A stretch of DNA of 63,965 nucleotides, the filler included, from Basidioascus undulatus (Eukaryota): NCBI GenBank assembly GCA_000826855.1. It is 3 parts of 3 records of this genome, joined end to end, with 100 filler letters (N's around TTAATTAATTAA, not from the genome) between each part and the next. Parts side by side here need not be neighbours in the genome. Positions count along the whole stretch, not along the records: positions 1 to 21,291 come from JTLS01000336.1; positions 21,392 to 42,666 come from JTLS01000337.1; 1 more part is not named here. One strand, written 5' to 3'. The position numbers and the translations under genes were made by a program. Positions 15,336-28,060 of the stretch are shown here, piece after piece. The notes beneath the pieces are model-generated. The model was not told the origin of the DNA, did no database searches, and was given only the letters and a program-made list of their open reading frames with translations. Positions within the stretch are counted from its first letter, which is position 1. Each line of letters opens with the position of its first letter.

Positions 15336-17230
15336 ATGCCTGCCTCTCGTCTTGCCCTCTTCTCTTTCGCTCAACACATCAAGCACACACACTCTCAACC
15401 CCCTTTCTCCCTCCTTACCAAATACTCCATACGGCACCGGACCTCTTCCTGCGCGTTCTTTCGATCGTTGTCGATTGATCCCGAGAGCCGCAGGATCACG
15501 GCACCGTCGGTTCGAGCACCATCGACCTAGTCCCGCTCCTGTTCGTCAGCCGAGACACGTATCGTGTTGTCAAGCTGTCGGTCTACTCGATCAGAAATTT
15601 TCGTCCCGAGGAGCCTATCGAGTGGCATCCAAAGGCAGAGTAGCTCCTAAGCGGGACGCTGGTAGAAGCACCGCTGCTCGTCCGGTGCGTAACGCTGTCC
15701 TCGCAGGAAATACTGTAGAGCTGACATTATGTCATCCGAAGCACTTTGACAATTGATGTCCGCAACGGTCAACTCGACAAAGCGTTCACGGCAATGCACA
15801 TCGACGAACGCCCGTTGTCCTCCCGGCCATCGACGTGCCGCTTCTTTCGCTCTTCCTCGGCGCTCTGCCCTACCTGCACACCCTCGATCTTTCCATAACC
15901 AACGTATCGTGACTTTCGCGGGACCTTTGTTACTTCCCTCCGCCCGAGGCACTTCTTTCCTACCTGCTTTCGCTTCCTTTGAGGCATCTCGCCCTCTCAC
16001 GGGAGGTAGTCGAGCTTGTCGCCCTTCTCCCCCACTGGGCTCTCGCCGCGCTCTCGCTCTCGAGTCTTTCGCCTGGCGTGCGGACGATCTTGGCCAAGAC
16101 CATCCCGATGTTTTCCGAGCGTTAGCTGCAGCATCCTTTTCCACACTCGATACCATCTCGATCACGGTGCCCAGTTCGAGGCCTCGCGGAGCTGACAGAC
16201 AAGCCGAAGACCGTCTGCGCACGGCGGAGGACTATCTCCCTCCGACACTGGTTCTAACTCACCTCAGGCCCTTAAATGACATCGGGACCATCTGTCCCAG
16301 TCCCGCTTGGGCGTCCGCCTTCCTCGTGAGCCATCCATCGCTCTTGTCTTTCACGCCGGGCTGTGCATCGGCGAATCGTTTGTACAGTTCGGAAAGGCCT
16401 CTTCCTCGATCGACTCCTTGTCTGGTCTACAGCTACACTGCCCCACATCTCTATCCGTCACCTCGACCTGCACAACCTGCCGGACCGGTCGGAGCGTCTT
16501 CTGGAGGCCTGTTCGCAGCGCGACCGCCTCGACATCCTCGCCACGCCGCAGGCCATCCGGTCTCGGAATCCATTGATGCTCGATCCGCTTGCGCAACATG
16601 TGGCAAACACGCTCCGCATAGCGAGTGTCAACATCGACGTCGTCCTGAGTCCCCAAACGCTTCGGACAATCTGCGAAGCCATGCCGCAGGTGGAGCAGCT
16701 GCAGCTGTGGGCCCGTTGTCCTGGTCGGACAGTAGGGCAAGCCCCTTTTCGGGACGAGACCCTTAATATTGTACAGACTTCCTTCGCTTCTTATCGTGCT
16801 CTACTATGAGAGCCCAATTCGCTCATCCCCGTTATTCTCACAGTCCACCTACATCTCTGCCCTCGCCCCTCTTCAGCGTGTCCACTCCCTCTCCTTCCTC
16901 AACGTTCTCCCCTTCCCACCCAACGTCGACACTCCTAAGATCTACAGCCGTGATGATCCCCCAAACACTCCTCCCGACAGCCTCTCCGCCATGGGACGCA
17001 GCGTGCGCCGGCAAGTCGCCTCGTGGGCCATGGCAGGTCGGCCTCAGTTCAGGCGCGCCGTGGAGGAGATGGGCGGCTTGCTTCCTCCTTTAAGAAAGCT
17101 GAGGTGGGACGGTAGTGAGGGGAATCAGCGAGGGTGGTGGGAGGCTTGGACGCGGATGAGACGGGGCATGGGCGGTACAGTGGTTCGTGACACGCGGATA
17201 TGTGGAAGAGGGGAATGTCGTAGAAATATG
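15336..17230 (+). pseudogene. F-box/LRR (RNI-like) protein, probably decayed
   Basis: F-box-tail-like LVPLLFVSRDTYRVVKLSVYSIRNF followed by in-frame TAG (15641-15643). LRR-like motifs FLGALPYLHTLDLS, IRHLDLHNL, ICEAMPQVEQLQLW, LAPLQRVHSLSF, LPPLRKLRW. Ends approximate. Confidence 0.5.
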
Positions 17231-18013
17231 AAGCATCCTACAGACTATGCAGTTGCTGCGTATCCTGCTTTTGCATTTGACCGGTGTAACTATCTGTTTT
17301 ACCCTGATGTAGGTTGCCTTCAGGCTCTCGAAGACTAACTATGGGGTCCTTCAGCAAGCATATTTTGCATGTTGCGACTACTCGTGGTTCTTTCTGTCCT
17401 CGCATGTCATGTGATGGAAAGCCAACGCGAGAGCCGTTTGCCCACCGGCCAGCCCCAGGTTCTCCAACAGGGAGGGCGTACGTGGAACCAAGCTGCTGTA
17501 CTTTTTCTCCAAATAATTCTGATACTGTGTGCGGGCAGCCCTACTTGCAAGCTTCAACGCCTCCTTCGCCGGCACCGACAGTGTTCTTGTTTGGCTTTCC
17601 TAAGCCCTGTCTCCTGGCAGGACCCGATGAGCCAGCTTGCGCAAAATAGAAGCCATCCCATAGGAGTTGAGCCCCGGAAAAGAGGGCTCCAGCGGAAGCT
17701 CTCTGGGTAGTTACAGGTGTGGACTGTGTGCCTTTGTTCTATAAAATCCAAGAAAGGCATCGCCTCATGGGAGTATCATTGAAGGAAGGCAAGAACAAGC
17801 GTGTGACGGAAAGACCTGCCAGTGCCAGGCGTGCTGCAAATGCCGCTGGCGGCTGGCCAACCTGGAGCAATAGGCCCGAAAGAAGTTGCACGCCGCCTTA
17901 CGCCCACGCTCTTCATGAAATTTGTTTTCCGTCTCTATGGGGGAACATGCAGCAATTCGTGACATTGATAAGCAGATTGAGGGCGATTGCAGGAGGCAGT
18001 CAAGCGGGAAGCG

Positions 18014-18766
18014 TCAGCGGCCGTCCACCCTCTCCTTCAGCTTCTGCGACCAGTCCACCCCGATGATCTGCGCGCGGAACCCGTCCTCTCCCGGAACGTT
18101 GACGAGGTTGTTAACGAAGATGTTGCTCTCATTTCAGCATCAGCAGTGCCTTGCCCTCTCCACCGCTTGCCAACTCTGTTTGCGCGTCGATATGGTCAGC
18201 CATTCCTTCTACAGCTACAGAGGGATAAGCCCACCTTTCTGGTGAAGTTTCTCAAAGTCCAGCATGTACAATACGCCCTTGATATTGTCCTTGATCTTGT
18301 CGAATGGGGCGAGTCCGTGCTCGACCAACGTGAAGCGCGGCGGGTCGAGGCTAACCGGCTGGACGACGATGACGAGCGCCTGCTGAGTGCACCTGGAAGG
18401 GTCGAGGTGGAGTCCGAGGGCAACACAGGTGCAGATCGCGAAAGGCTGGGAGTGAACGACTACTTGCCACGCCCGTAGAGCACCAGCGATGGGTAGCTGG
18501 GGCGAGTTTCGAGCGCGAACTGCCGCATTGTTGCCGCACGTCCCTTTGTGGAGCGTCCAGTGCAGTTTCTGGCATGCCTCGGAGCAATAGGCCACTGAAG
18601 TGAATGGAGAGGAGAATCAGGCCGTGCTGCTCCTTCCGCTTGTGGACGCGTCGCCCAACGCACCTTCCCGGCAGCGTTCGGGCCATCGGGCTGCGCCGGC
18701 ATCTTGCAGGAGTGACTTGATGTTCTGAAAGCGAGATACGCTGAGCTGTTTGTTGATAGAAGCCAT
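18014..18766 (-). pseudogene. MYND zinc-finger protein, copy A (N-terminal half of finger damaged)
   Basis: AYCSEACQKLHWTLHKGTC is the MYND C-terminal half. The upstream HSCKMPAQPDGP..RCRE segment is split across frames. C-terminus DWSQKLKERVDGR*. Confidence 0.7.
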
Positions 18767-19445
18767 GGTGTACTCGAGAAGAGCCGGCGGGGGAGTTGCG
18801 TGCGAGCACGCGGGCGGGGATGGTGACTGTCAGAAAGCAAGGCGTTCCGGTGATCCGCACAGCTGATCTGAGAAACGCCGGCGAAGCTGTGCCCATCGAC
18901 GGTGTTCAATCCAAAACGTACATATTTGAAAGATGTTTCCCTGGACCTGGGAACTCTGCAGTTGACTTCTCTCCTCAGATGAAATCAGAAGGCGGCGGCG
19001 TTGCAACCCAAATGGGTATAATTGAGAATGGGAATACAATGCAAAAGTTTCCCAAGAGGAAATCTAGAAAACAGCACATCAAGAACAAGGACACCTTGAT
19101 GTAGCGCAATCTTCGCCAGCCGTGACACTCGTCGAGCCTACAACATTCAACCCGCGGTGATTCACCTACTAACTCTGTGTCGATATCCATACAGTCGGTG
19201 TTGAGGTGGCTTCGGAGTAAAATCACTATGTTTTGCAGGGGCTGGGAATCTGCGCCAGGAATGAATAACGAAGCTGACCCGTTGGGCTGCGGCATGCTTT
19301 GAGCTTCGCCAGGTTGCTCTTGCCGTCCCAGGCGCCGAAATCTTTCCAACCTTGATGTGATGCCTTTTCATGTGCCTCACACTCATGCCTAGCAATGCCC
19401 GTACAAGCGATATTCATGAGCCGGGGCAACTGCAGTCGCAACTTT

Positions 19446-20216
19446 CTAGTTTCCCTCAACCAAGTACTTCAGCTTCTTCCACCAACCGTCCCTGGGCTCA
19501 GATCGTATATCTTCGAGGATCTCGGCGAGGGTGGTGGGGGAGAATATGTAAAGGTGCAGCCCCGCGTCATTCACTCGCAGTACCAGCACGTGCCCAGTCA
19601 CCCGTTCGCAAGCACTACCAACGCCTGTCAGCCGCCTTCTCTCAGCTCCCTCGACAGGCACGACGGACCGTGTTCATCAGACTGCGCAATGTGCTGCAGG
19701 GCTTGGTCTCCTACCCATAGCTGTGAAAGGGTCTTCGGCCCCGTTGATTGGGATGAACTCGTATTCGAGCAGAGCGCAGCGCGGTGGCTCGAGGCTGACC
19801 GGGCTAGGGTGATCATGAGCGCCTGCCGGGTGCAGTTGCTCTTGTCGAAGGGTAGGCCGAGAGGAAGGCAGGTGGTGATGGATGAATTCCCGCCATGGAG
19901 GGCGTGCCACACCTTCAGGGCGAGAAATAGCGAACGCTGCCTGGACGGGCTCTGAGCGCGAAGAGCCGCATCGGAAGTGCAGGTGGCCTTGTGCAGCGCC
20001 CAATCCTTGCGCTGGCAACTCCTCGGAGCAATAGGCGACTGCAGCAAGGTGAGATCAGAGTCAGTACTCGTTCGCGAAAGTCGCGGTAACGTCACATCGC
20101 ACCTTCTCGGCAACGCCCGGCACACGCGATGCTTTGGGCCTCTAGGCAGCGCTGGCTCCTCGCAGTGGTGGCAGGTATTGACGAGAGTAACTGAGCTGCT
20201 TTGCGGCTGTAGGCAC
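19446..20216 (-). pseudogene. MYND zinc-finger protein, copy B (tandem paralog, frameshifted)
   Basis: NTCHHCEEPALPRGPKHRVC..VAYCSEE/CQRKDWALHKATC with a +1 shift. Downstream CLPLGLPFDKSNCTRQALMI aligns with copy A CVALGLHLDPSRCTQQALVI. Ends WWKKLKYLVEGN*. Confidence 0.7.
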
Positions 20217-20563
20217 CTTCGCCCAAAGTGGAAAGTTTCGCGGTTTTAGCGACTGCCACAGTTAGGAGATATTTCCGTTTTGTGATCATGCCCTTGATAA
20301 GACGCGGCGTCATTGGAACCAGACGAGCGAGTACTCGATAGCGAGGGGCAGCGCTTTCTCGTAGGTATGCTCGATCATCCCGGACCGTGAAACGCTGCAC
20401 ACGAACGGAAGTATAACAAACAGTGTTCAATAAAGCCTCCCTCCTCCCTCCGTCCCTCGAACAAAAAAGACAATATACACAATCAACAACAGCATACAAG
20501 CACCCCAGCCCCCTCTGCCCTCTGCACGCCAACGTCTCTGGGCCGAATCCTTCGCCGCTCAGC

Positions 20564-21291
20564 TCAGCTCGCCGCCTCCCCCTCAAGGCGCATCGCAACG
20601 TTAATCTTGTGCTGCTTGTTGCGCAGGTGCTTCTCAAAGTTCTCGAGCGTCTCGCCCGGGCCGGGAGTGTACATCTTTCCCTGTCGTCCCAGCATCACAC
20701 CCATAGTCAGCTTCCCTCATCTCGCCTCCAACGGGGCCCGCGCGCCGGGCGACAAACAAAGAGTGGGAAAAGGAAGCAGAAACAGGTGAGGAGGTGAAGA
20801 AGTGAAGAGGGGGGCAGTGGGAGAGTAGAGCTGGGAGAAAGGGAAGAGAGAAGGGAAGCGCAACGCACCGGGCAATCCGCGCACTTGACGCGCCACTCAA
20901 CGTCCGCCCCCGCAGATGCGTCCGCCGGCCGGGGCTTCTCGATCGCGTGGAAGCGGTCGTTGACGTACGCGTCCTGGGCGTTGAGCGCTTCTATCGCGCG
21001 CGTGAGCCACTCGGGCGGGGCGGGGGGTGCGGGCTCCTGCGCGTCCACCACCAACCGTCTCATCAGCTTCCTGCTCCCCACGACCTCATCCTCTCTTCCC
21101 CTCTTCCCCGTATTCCCCGCTTTTTTCCCTCCGCATCCTCCGGGACAGCTACTTAAAGTGGACAAGAACGCGAACGCACCTCCGCCTCCGCCTCGCTCCC
21201 GTCCTCGCTGCTCCCCGGGCTCCCAACACCCGCGCCCTCGCCCTCGCCCTCGCCCTCGCCCTCGCCCTCGCCCTCGCCCTCTCCCTGGGTC
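20564..21291 (-). CDS. 3' end of a gene truncated by the contig edge; C-terminal Zn-finger like that of basidiomycete Snf5-type proteins
   Basis: Spliced: ..GEGEGEG..|EPAPPAPPEWLTRAIEALN..DRF..EWRVKCADCP|GKMYTPGPGETLENFEKHLRNKQHKINV..* (CxxC..HxxxxxH). The family assignment is from recall of this motif, not from a search. Confidence 0.6.
21233..21280. repeat. (CGCCCT)n microsatellite encoding EG dipeptide repeat on the minus strand
   Basis: About 8 perfect hexamer units right at the contig end. Confidence 0.9.
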
Positions 21292-21391
21292 NNNNNNNNN
21301 NNNNNNNNNNNNNNNNNNNNNNNNNNNNNNNNNNNTTAATTAATTAANNNNNNNNNNNNNNNNNNNNNNNNNNNNNNNNNNNNNNNNNNNN
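21292..21391. other. artificial contig linker N44-TTAATTAATTAA-N44
   Basis: Six-frame stop linker embedded in N runs, exactly 100 nt. Confidence 0.97.
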
Positions 21392-22479
21392 CCACCGCAG
21401 CAACAGCGGGCCCCGCAGCAGTCCAACTTCCCGCCCCTCCCCTCCTCCGCCATAGCCCCGCGCAGACACTCCAACCCGCCTGCGCCCGCGGACGACGCGG
21501 GGCCGCAGTGCGCGCTGGGCGTGAGTATGGGGCCGGCGGCGGGGATGGCGAGCAGGAGAAGGGCTGGCAGCGGCGCGGCTGCGGGAGGGAACGTGTGGAA
21601 GGTGTAGTGTCGGAGGAGAGGACGCAGGCGGCTCGCTCGCTCGCTCATGCACATTCGCTCACGGACATGTCGCGAGACCAGTCGGCAGGCACGCTCATCT
21701 TGTGCTTCTTTCCTGCTGCAGTCGCGCAGCTCGTCGTGGACCCCTTCGGTGGGACTCGCTCGATCGATTACCTAACCACGTCAATATCGGTCGTTTCTGA
21801 TCTGCGGTACTCGCAATGGCCGGGCTCGCGGGGCCGGTAATGTACGCAGGACCTTTGGTCCGTAGCACCTTCGTCCCGGAGCATGCTCCTATTTCTGCCC
21901 AGGTTACGTGCGAAACTACGAGTCTCTCCCATCGCACCTTCCAGAGCAGTCTTTCACCTCGACTCACATTTCCACTTATCTTCAACACCACTGAACAAGC
22001 TCTCATGCTTTCCCTTCATGTCTGTGCACTCTTCGCCAGGGTTCGGGGTTTCGTCGCGGGAAGCCGGGAGGATGTGTTCAGAACGGCCAGGAGGCTGGGA
22101 GACGCATGGGAGGCGCAGAGTCGAGCGCGGATGTTCCCTTATTACGCTCGTACACAGACTTGTGGTGGTTCCTCAAGCCCTGGCAGGAACGTTCGGCGGA
22201 GGTGGGCAGACCCGCAACGCTTCCCAGTCTCTGTTCCCATGTTCCCAGCAGCGCTGCGCCCTCATCGTCTCGAATTCTTTCCCCGCTGACAGTCGATCTC
22301 ATACCCATTGGGAACTAGACGCAATGCTACGATACTACTCGCTCATGCTCTCCCGTTGATGGTCATGTCGCGCTCAAGCTGCAGCGGCAGCAGCCCTTGC
22401 GCCTTCGCCAAAGCCAACTGTAAGGCAGGCACTCGCTCTGCCATGATGTGGACCCCCGACATGAGTACACTCCTCCGTC

Positions 22480-23345
22480 AAATACTACTGGTGCCACTCT
22501 TTCAATTAGGTGGGTGTGACTCCGAGAAGTTCGATGCCTTGTGCAACGATCTGCACGAAGGGCCCACCTATGGACGTCCACTGACCTGCGTCCCGGAATA
22601 GCGAAGGGCGCGGCCGCTCTCGTCAATGCCGCAGGGTGCATTGCCAGCCGCCAGCAGTCGTGCCATTGGCCCTCCAATGGTCGTCCATGATGAGGACCCT
22701 GATAGGAGCGACAGTATGGTTTGGCCGTCTGTGGAGATGGCGAAGCAGAAGTGGTCGTTCGCGTCGACCGTGCAGAATGGGCCGCCGATTCTCGTCCATG
22801 AGTTGGGAGTGCCGCTGTACATCCACACGACGCCGTCGGGGTCGACGCCATGGAGGAGGTGCCTCCCCGTCACGAGCTTTTCCATCCTCCCACCGATCGG
22901 GCTCACTCATTCGAAAGCTGGTTCCAATGGAACACGCGGTCCTTGGCAGGCGTGATTGCGTAAAGCCCCTCGTCGTTCCCAATGAACTGGTGCGCAGGGT
23001 CACCAATCTTCGACCACTGGTTCAGAAAAGGGCGAAATGGTGCTTGATTGCTTATAGACGGAAAACAGCATGTTGCTATATGTCAGCAGCGTGACGGCAC
23101 CCGTCCGGATGGTCGTCCAGCCTTCCTTGGCAACGGAGCCCGTCAGCTTGAGATTATTGTAGGCGATGTAGTTGTCTCCATCCGGAATGCGGGACGTGGC
23201 ACGGAGGCGGATGTAGGTTATGCCGCGCGGCAGAAGCACATTTATAGAGATGGTGCTGGTGAGGGTTGAAATGGTCCCAAGCACAACCACGTCATGAAAG
23301 TCGTCGCTCGAGGACGCTTCCACGGCGACGGTGACTGTGTTGGCC
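22480..23345 (-). pseudogene. intronless tectonin/tachylectin-like beta-propeller repeat protein with upstream beta-rich domain, disrupted
   Basis: Repeats of about 37-38 aa: GWTTIRTG, NQWSKIGDP, (W)SPIGGR, YSGTPNSWTRIGGP, SSWTTIGGP, YSGT..GQWTSIGGP. Frameshifts and stops lie between repeats, and the 5' part is interrupted by a LINE relic. Confidence 0.65.
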
Positions 23346-24310
23346 GTAGAATGCCCGCGCGCGTTAGATCCCCTCATCGAGTACGCTGGCCCTGTTGTCT
23401 GGCTCTGGGCAGGCACCGTCCGCGAGCGCCAGCCACTCCTCGACAGCGCGGACCAGGTATGGACACGGGCAGTCACTTGGGTCATTGCTGGCTTACCGCG
23501 CGAGGCCAAGATCGCAGCTGCCATCACCGGATGCCTCCCCCCCAGACAGCGTCTTCTTGCCCATCTCGCCCTGGGCCTCTTTGCCCACGCCCTCGTCCGT
23601 GCCGCCCCGGCCAGCCCCATCCACCGCCTTGTGTACCACCATCCCCCATTCTCCGACGATCCCATCCGCCGCCTCCTCGCTCTTCCCCTTGCGCGGACAG
23701 CGCGCACACAGCTCGAAGCCCTCACTGCGCCGGGTCTAGACCCCCTCGCCTCCCGCGACGACCTGACCCAGTTCCTCTTGGGTGAGCGCCGGCGCTGGCT
23801 TCGAGATGAGACTCATGTTGGCACCCTAGGCGGCTACATTCGCCCTGTTCCCTCTCTTGTCGACCGAGCGCTCTACGTCCATCGTGCAGACGCCGAGCTG
23901 GCGCTCCGCTGGCGCCGCGGCAAGAACAGGCCAGGGCAGAGTCTGTAAGTGCGGAAGCCCCTTCCGCCGCACTCAACCAACCAGTCTAGACAGCGAAATC
24001 TCTCAGTCTCCCCTTCAATACCAACATCGCCCTCGGTGACGACCACACCATCCCCGACACCACCTTTTTCGATCGTCTCCTGAATGCCTCCCCGCCCACC
24101 GCCTGTATCGTCCTCGGCGCCATCGAGTCCGCCGTCCGTCAAGAGAGCGAGCACCGTCAAGCCCCAGACCCTCCGCCCTAAGACGGCCCCGCTGCCGCCT
24201 GTCCCCGCCGTCGCCGCTGGATCCCCACCTAGCCCTGACCCCTCCCCGCCTCGAAGACTATCACCATCCCCGGACCCCCTAGCTAGTTGCCCCCCTCCTT
24301 GTAGTATAGC
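23346..24310 (+). mobile_element. 5'-truncated non-LTR (LINE-like) retrotransposon relic, ORF2 C-terminal part
   Basis: Post-RT motif PLIEYAGPV; LRWRRG followed after a frameshift by zinc-knuckle-like CKCGSPFRRT; FFDRLLNASP. No RT core present. Ends approximate. Confidence 0.6.
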
Positions 24311-24430
24311 CAACCTGTACCCTTCTTGTGCCCACTAGGGGCTTTGCATGCAGAGCTCTTCATTCCTAACTAATGGTAGCATCAGGGTGTCGCAACAGAA
24401 TGAAGCGTCCCATGTCGCATCCCCCATCCC

Positions 24431-26303
24431 TCAATCCGCCAGTCTCACACTCTGCTGCCACCGGAATAAATTCCCGGGGTCTACCTGACTCTTGATCTCC
24501 CTCAGTCGCAGGTAGTTGTGGCCGAAGTACTGCGTCTCCCATTGCTCCTGGCTGAGGCGCGGGTCGACATAGTTGGCGTACGCAGCCTGCGCATCGGTCG
24601 TGATGCTGCTGAGCAGGCCGTCGAGGAAGGAGAAGCCTTCGTCAGACGGGTACGGCGGGGAGTAGTTTGGGGAAGACGCGTAGAGCTGGAAGGAGAGGAG
24701 GGCGGAGCGGTGCGGGAAGGCGGTCGCGTTGGAGCGAATGGTGGAGATGGCGCCGTTGTAGACTGTTGGGGTGGAATCGAGACAAGTTAGTGAGGGGCCG
24801 GTCAGTAGAAGGTAGTACTGATCGAAAATGCTACCATCAGACATCGCAAACCAGCCGAGGGTAGAATTGGCGCCCTTGTCAAAAAGATAGGAGAAGTACG
24901 CGTCGAGTGCGTCAGATGGTAAGGTCTCGTTGATGAACAGAGACTGCAGCAAAGCTCGGCTCAGCTCGCTTGCAAAGCGATTGAGTGGACGGTGCGGGGA
25001 TAACGGGCACCCTGCGCACCTTTACGTAAAATGTATCATGCGGCGGAGGGCCAGACGTGCTCAACGACCCGGAAGTCGCCACGACGCCGTCGATCCAGCC
25101 ATAGTTGTTCACCTGCTGGTCGTACCCCTGCGGCAGGGCGTCCAGCAGTGGCTGCGCTGTCGAGCGGAAGTCGACCTCCGAACCGTAGTAGTTGCCCTCA
25201 ATCTGTGAGAAGGTGTGTAAGTTGCTGCCTGGCCGGGGCGCGGGAATGTTTCACAGCGCACCTTAAGGGAGATACCCGAACGACGATCAGGACGGAGGAC
25301 GAGCACGGCATTTAGCTCGCCGGCAGGGTCGCCCGCGAAGAAGGTCTGGAAAGCGTCGAAGCTGAATGTTGGGGAGATGCGGGTAGGGGATCTTAACGAA
25401 GCTTCGGTAGCAGAACACCTGAATATCAAACACACGCTAAAACCAAGTCCTCCTTCGAATGACCGCTATAATTGAGAGTGAACGAGACAGTGTTGTTGGG
25501 TGCAGGAAGCGTGTCGAAGGTCCAGGAGGTAACGATTCCGAAGGACGGTCCAGCGCCGCGAAGCGCCTGAACAGACGGTGTGTTCGGGTCAGTGGCTGTA
25601 ACTCGCTTAGGGCACATGAGATGCGTACCCAGAACAGTTCAGGATGCTCGGTTTCCGATGCACTGGAGATAGTGCCATTGGCGAGGACGACTTCGGCTCC
25701 CACGATGCGATCTAGGAGAATACCGGCCTTGCGAGAGAAAGGTCCGTACCCGCCGAACGACGCGTGTCCTCCGATTCCAATACTGTTTAAAAGGCTTCAG
25801 ATTACTTCCGAAGGTGATTGACATACATCATGACGGTGAACGTACTATGGGCAGGTACCGGTTGGCAATGCGCGTCCTCCCTGTTCCCACACCCCCTGAA
25901 TCACGTCGCCTAGCCTGTTTCCCGTTTGGACAGTCGCCTTCCCCCTCTCATCCACATTGATCGCTTTCAGGTTATCCACGGAAATAACGAGAGCCTCTTC
26001 GTCGGTCCCCCCAAGCCCGTATGCTGCGTAGGAGTGACCCCCCGAGCGCGCAACTACAGGGACGTCTGCCTCTGCTGCACAGCGGATAGCAGAGGCGATA
26101 TCGTCGGAAGATAAAGGGTAAACGAGAGCGAGAGGAGATGGGTCGAGCCGTTGATTGTAGGCAGCGGACTTTGCTGCGAAAGTAGGGGAAGAAGGGAGGA
26201 TGAGGGTCGGGGAGAGAGCGGAGAGGCAGGAGGTCAGGTTCGACTTTGCGGCGACGAAGCCGAGCAATGCTGATAGAAGGATGAGATTTGCTGCGCGCGC
26301 CAT
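24431..26303 (-). CDS. secreted FAD-linked oxidase, BBE-like / AA7 gluco-oligosaccharide oxidase family
   Basis: Signal peptide MARAANLILLSALLGFVAA; ARSGGHSY (His-FAD); GTCP (Cys-FAD); GIGGHASFGGYG; ALRGAGPSFGIVT; YANYVDP; YFGHNYLRLREIKSQVDPGNLF. Confidence 0.93.
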
Positions 26304-27503
26304 GGTGGCGTTGAAGAGGGGAAATGGAGCTGGAACATGCGAGGTTCAGAGCTCTCATATACTGTATCACTGATTGCATGCAGACGGAGCGGGCTGTCCA
26401 GGGAACGGCTACGAAACCTCTGTGGTCCGCCTCTGCAGATCACATTGCGTGATCCACACACTGTGGTTATGCGTAGGATTTGAGGCTGGCTGTGGCGCAC
26501 CTGCAACCGCGTCAGCCGATGATCACTTCTGTGATCGCTTGGCATAGAAAGGAAGTTAAGCGACTTTCCCTTCCATAGAGGAACAGTTGCGGATCAAGTG
26601 ATCATCATACATCGAAAGCAGGTGAGTGCGAAGTGACCGTCTTGGTCCCGTGTCTCGCTACGGAACTGGCAGCTATGTCTTCGCGACCACCTCCCGACGG
26701 ACCTACTTCCTATCAGATTCCGCACCAGAAATACATTGGAGCCAGACTCGAAGTGAATCTGAGCCGCCTTTACCACCATTCACGCTTCCTTTCCCGCTCT
26801 GTGCCGTTACAATCACGGCCTTGCACCTTGCAAGACATCTCTCCTCCCAACTTACCATCAGCACCCACATGTCTGCTTTCCAACGGGGTAGCTCTACCTT
26901 GGCGGGTTGGATTTCCGCATCACAGAATGCCGTGGTGGAGGGAGTGTACATCCGGGGCGCCCTGTAGGAGGCTCATTAAGGGCGAAAGGGCTGTGTGCGC
27001 AGCGTGGCACTGCATTGCGCTTCGCCCGGGCCCTCCCACTTTGCTTTTATTGAGTCAACGACGCTTGTACAACAGCCTGCAGCATGTGTTCATAATTATG
27101 TTCGGTAAAACTGAAGCTTGGACTCTGATTAAGAGCTTGGAGACAGTCGCAGTACTGCAGGCACGAGAAGGTCAGACTCTTCTGCAGAGGACCAGCTAAG
27201 CAACGCAAGGACGCTGACTTGCGTGCAGACTTCACGTGGCCAACTCCGAGGTTACCCACAAGTATTTGTCTATTTTTGATCAGTATGACTCGAATTGTCT
27301 ATCCGAAGCCCTTGTGATGCTGGACGAGTTTGGCTCAACTTCACCGCAGATTGTTCTCGACACCTGCTGCCTGTATGACTTGATCGCTTTTGACCAGACC
27401 CACAACACGCCACAAGCAGAAACACAGTCTTTTCCACTATTTACATACCTAATCTGATCAGGAAGCCCCATTTCTTCCTTCTTGGTCTCCCCTTTCATTC
27501 TAG

Positions 27504-28060
27504 ATGACGGCAATGGCGACAGCCACACTCTCGCCTTTTTCGCTTGTCGATCCCTTCGCCGCCAACGCCGTGTAGCAGCACGTCCATCCCGCTCGCATTC
27601 CCCTAGCTATGTGTAACGCGATGCTCTTATCCCAACTCACTGGTGTCTCGTGGCATGATGTTACCGGCGACGAATCGCCTCTCAGCAAGTCGCCATCACG
27701 GTTCTTTTTCTCGCCGGATGTCGACAGTCTACCTCAGGCAAGCTTCGTTACAAGCGGTGCGGCGCCGAAGAAAGGTCAGCGGGTATCGCAGGTGCAGTTC
27801 TTGCTTGACTTGCGAGTTGGACGCACAGTGAGCTGAGAAGGATTCCCAGACAGGCTTGCGACTCCTGTCATACATGCAAAGCCAAAATTAGTATCAATTC
27901 TCCGCGCATCTTCCTTGAACATGCTCACATCCGCTTCCAACTCACAGTGCAACGGCAAGCATGCCTGCTGTGCACACTGCATCGCTGGCAATCTCAACTG
28001 CGTCTACGCCTTGAGCAGCGTACCCGCGGTCCCGGCAAGCTCTCACTGCGAGGTTTAAAA
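27504..28060 (+). pseudogene. Zn(II)2Cys6 transcription factor relic
   Basis: KKGQRVSQ|ACDSCHTCKAK|CNGKHACCAHCIAGNLNCVY fits the Gal4-type cluster. There is an early in-frame TAG after MTAMATATLSPFSLVDPFAANAV and a damaged donor near 27888. Confidence 0.65.

Noticed and set aside
21292..21391. TTAATTAATTAA palindrome within N runs (also 42667-42766)
   Set aside because: Standard artificial six-frame-stop contig linker, not biological.
14756..27580. Stop-codon reassignment or readthrough explaining in-frame TAG/TAA
   Set aside because: Genes end normally in TAG (QCR6, MRX11-like) and TGA, and the premature stops co-occur with frameshifts.
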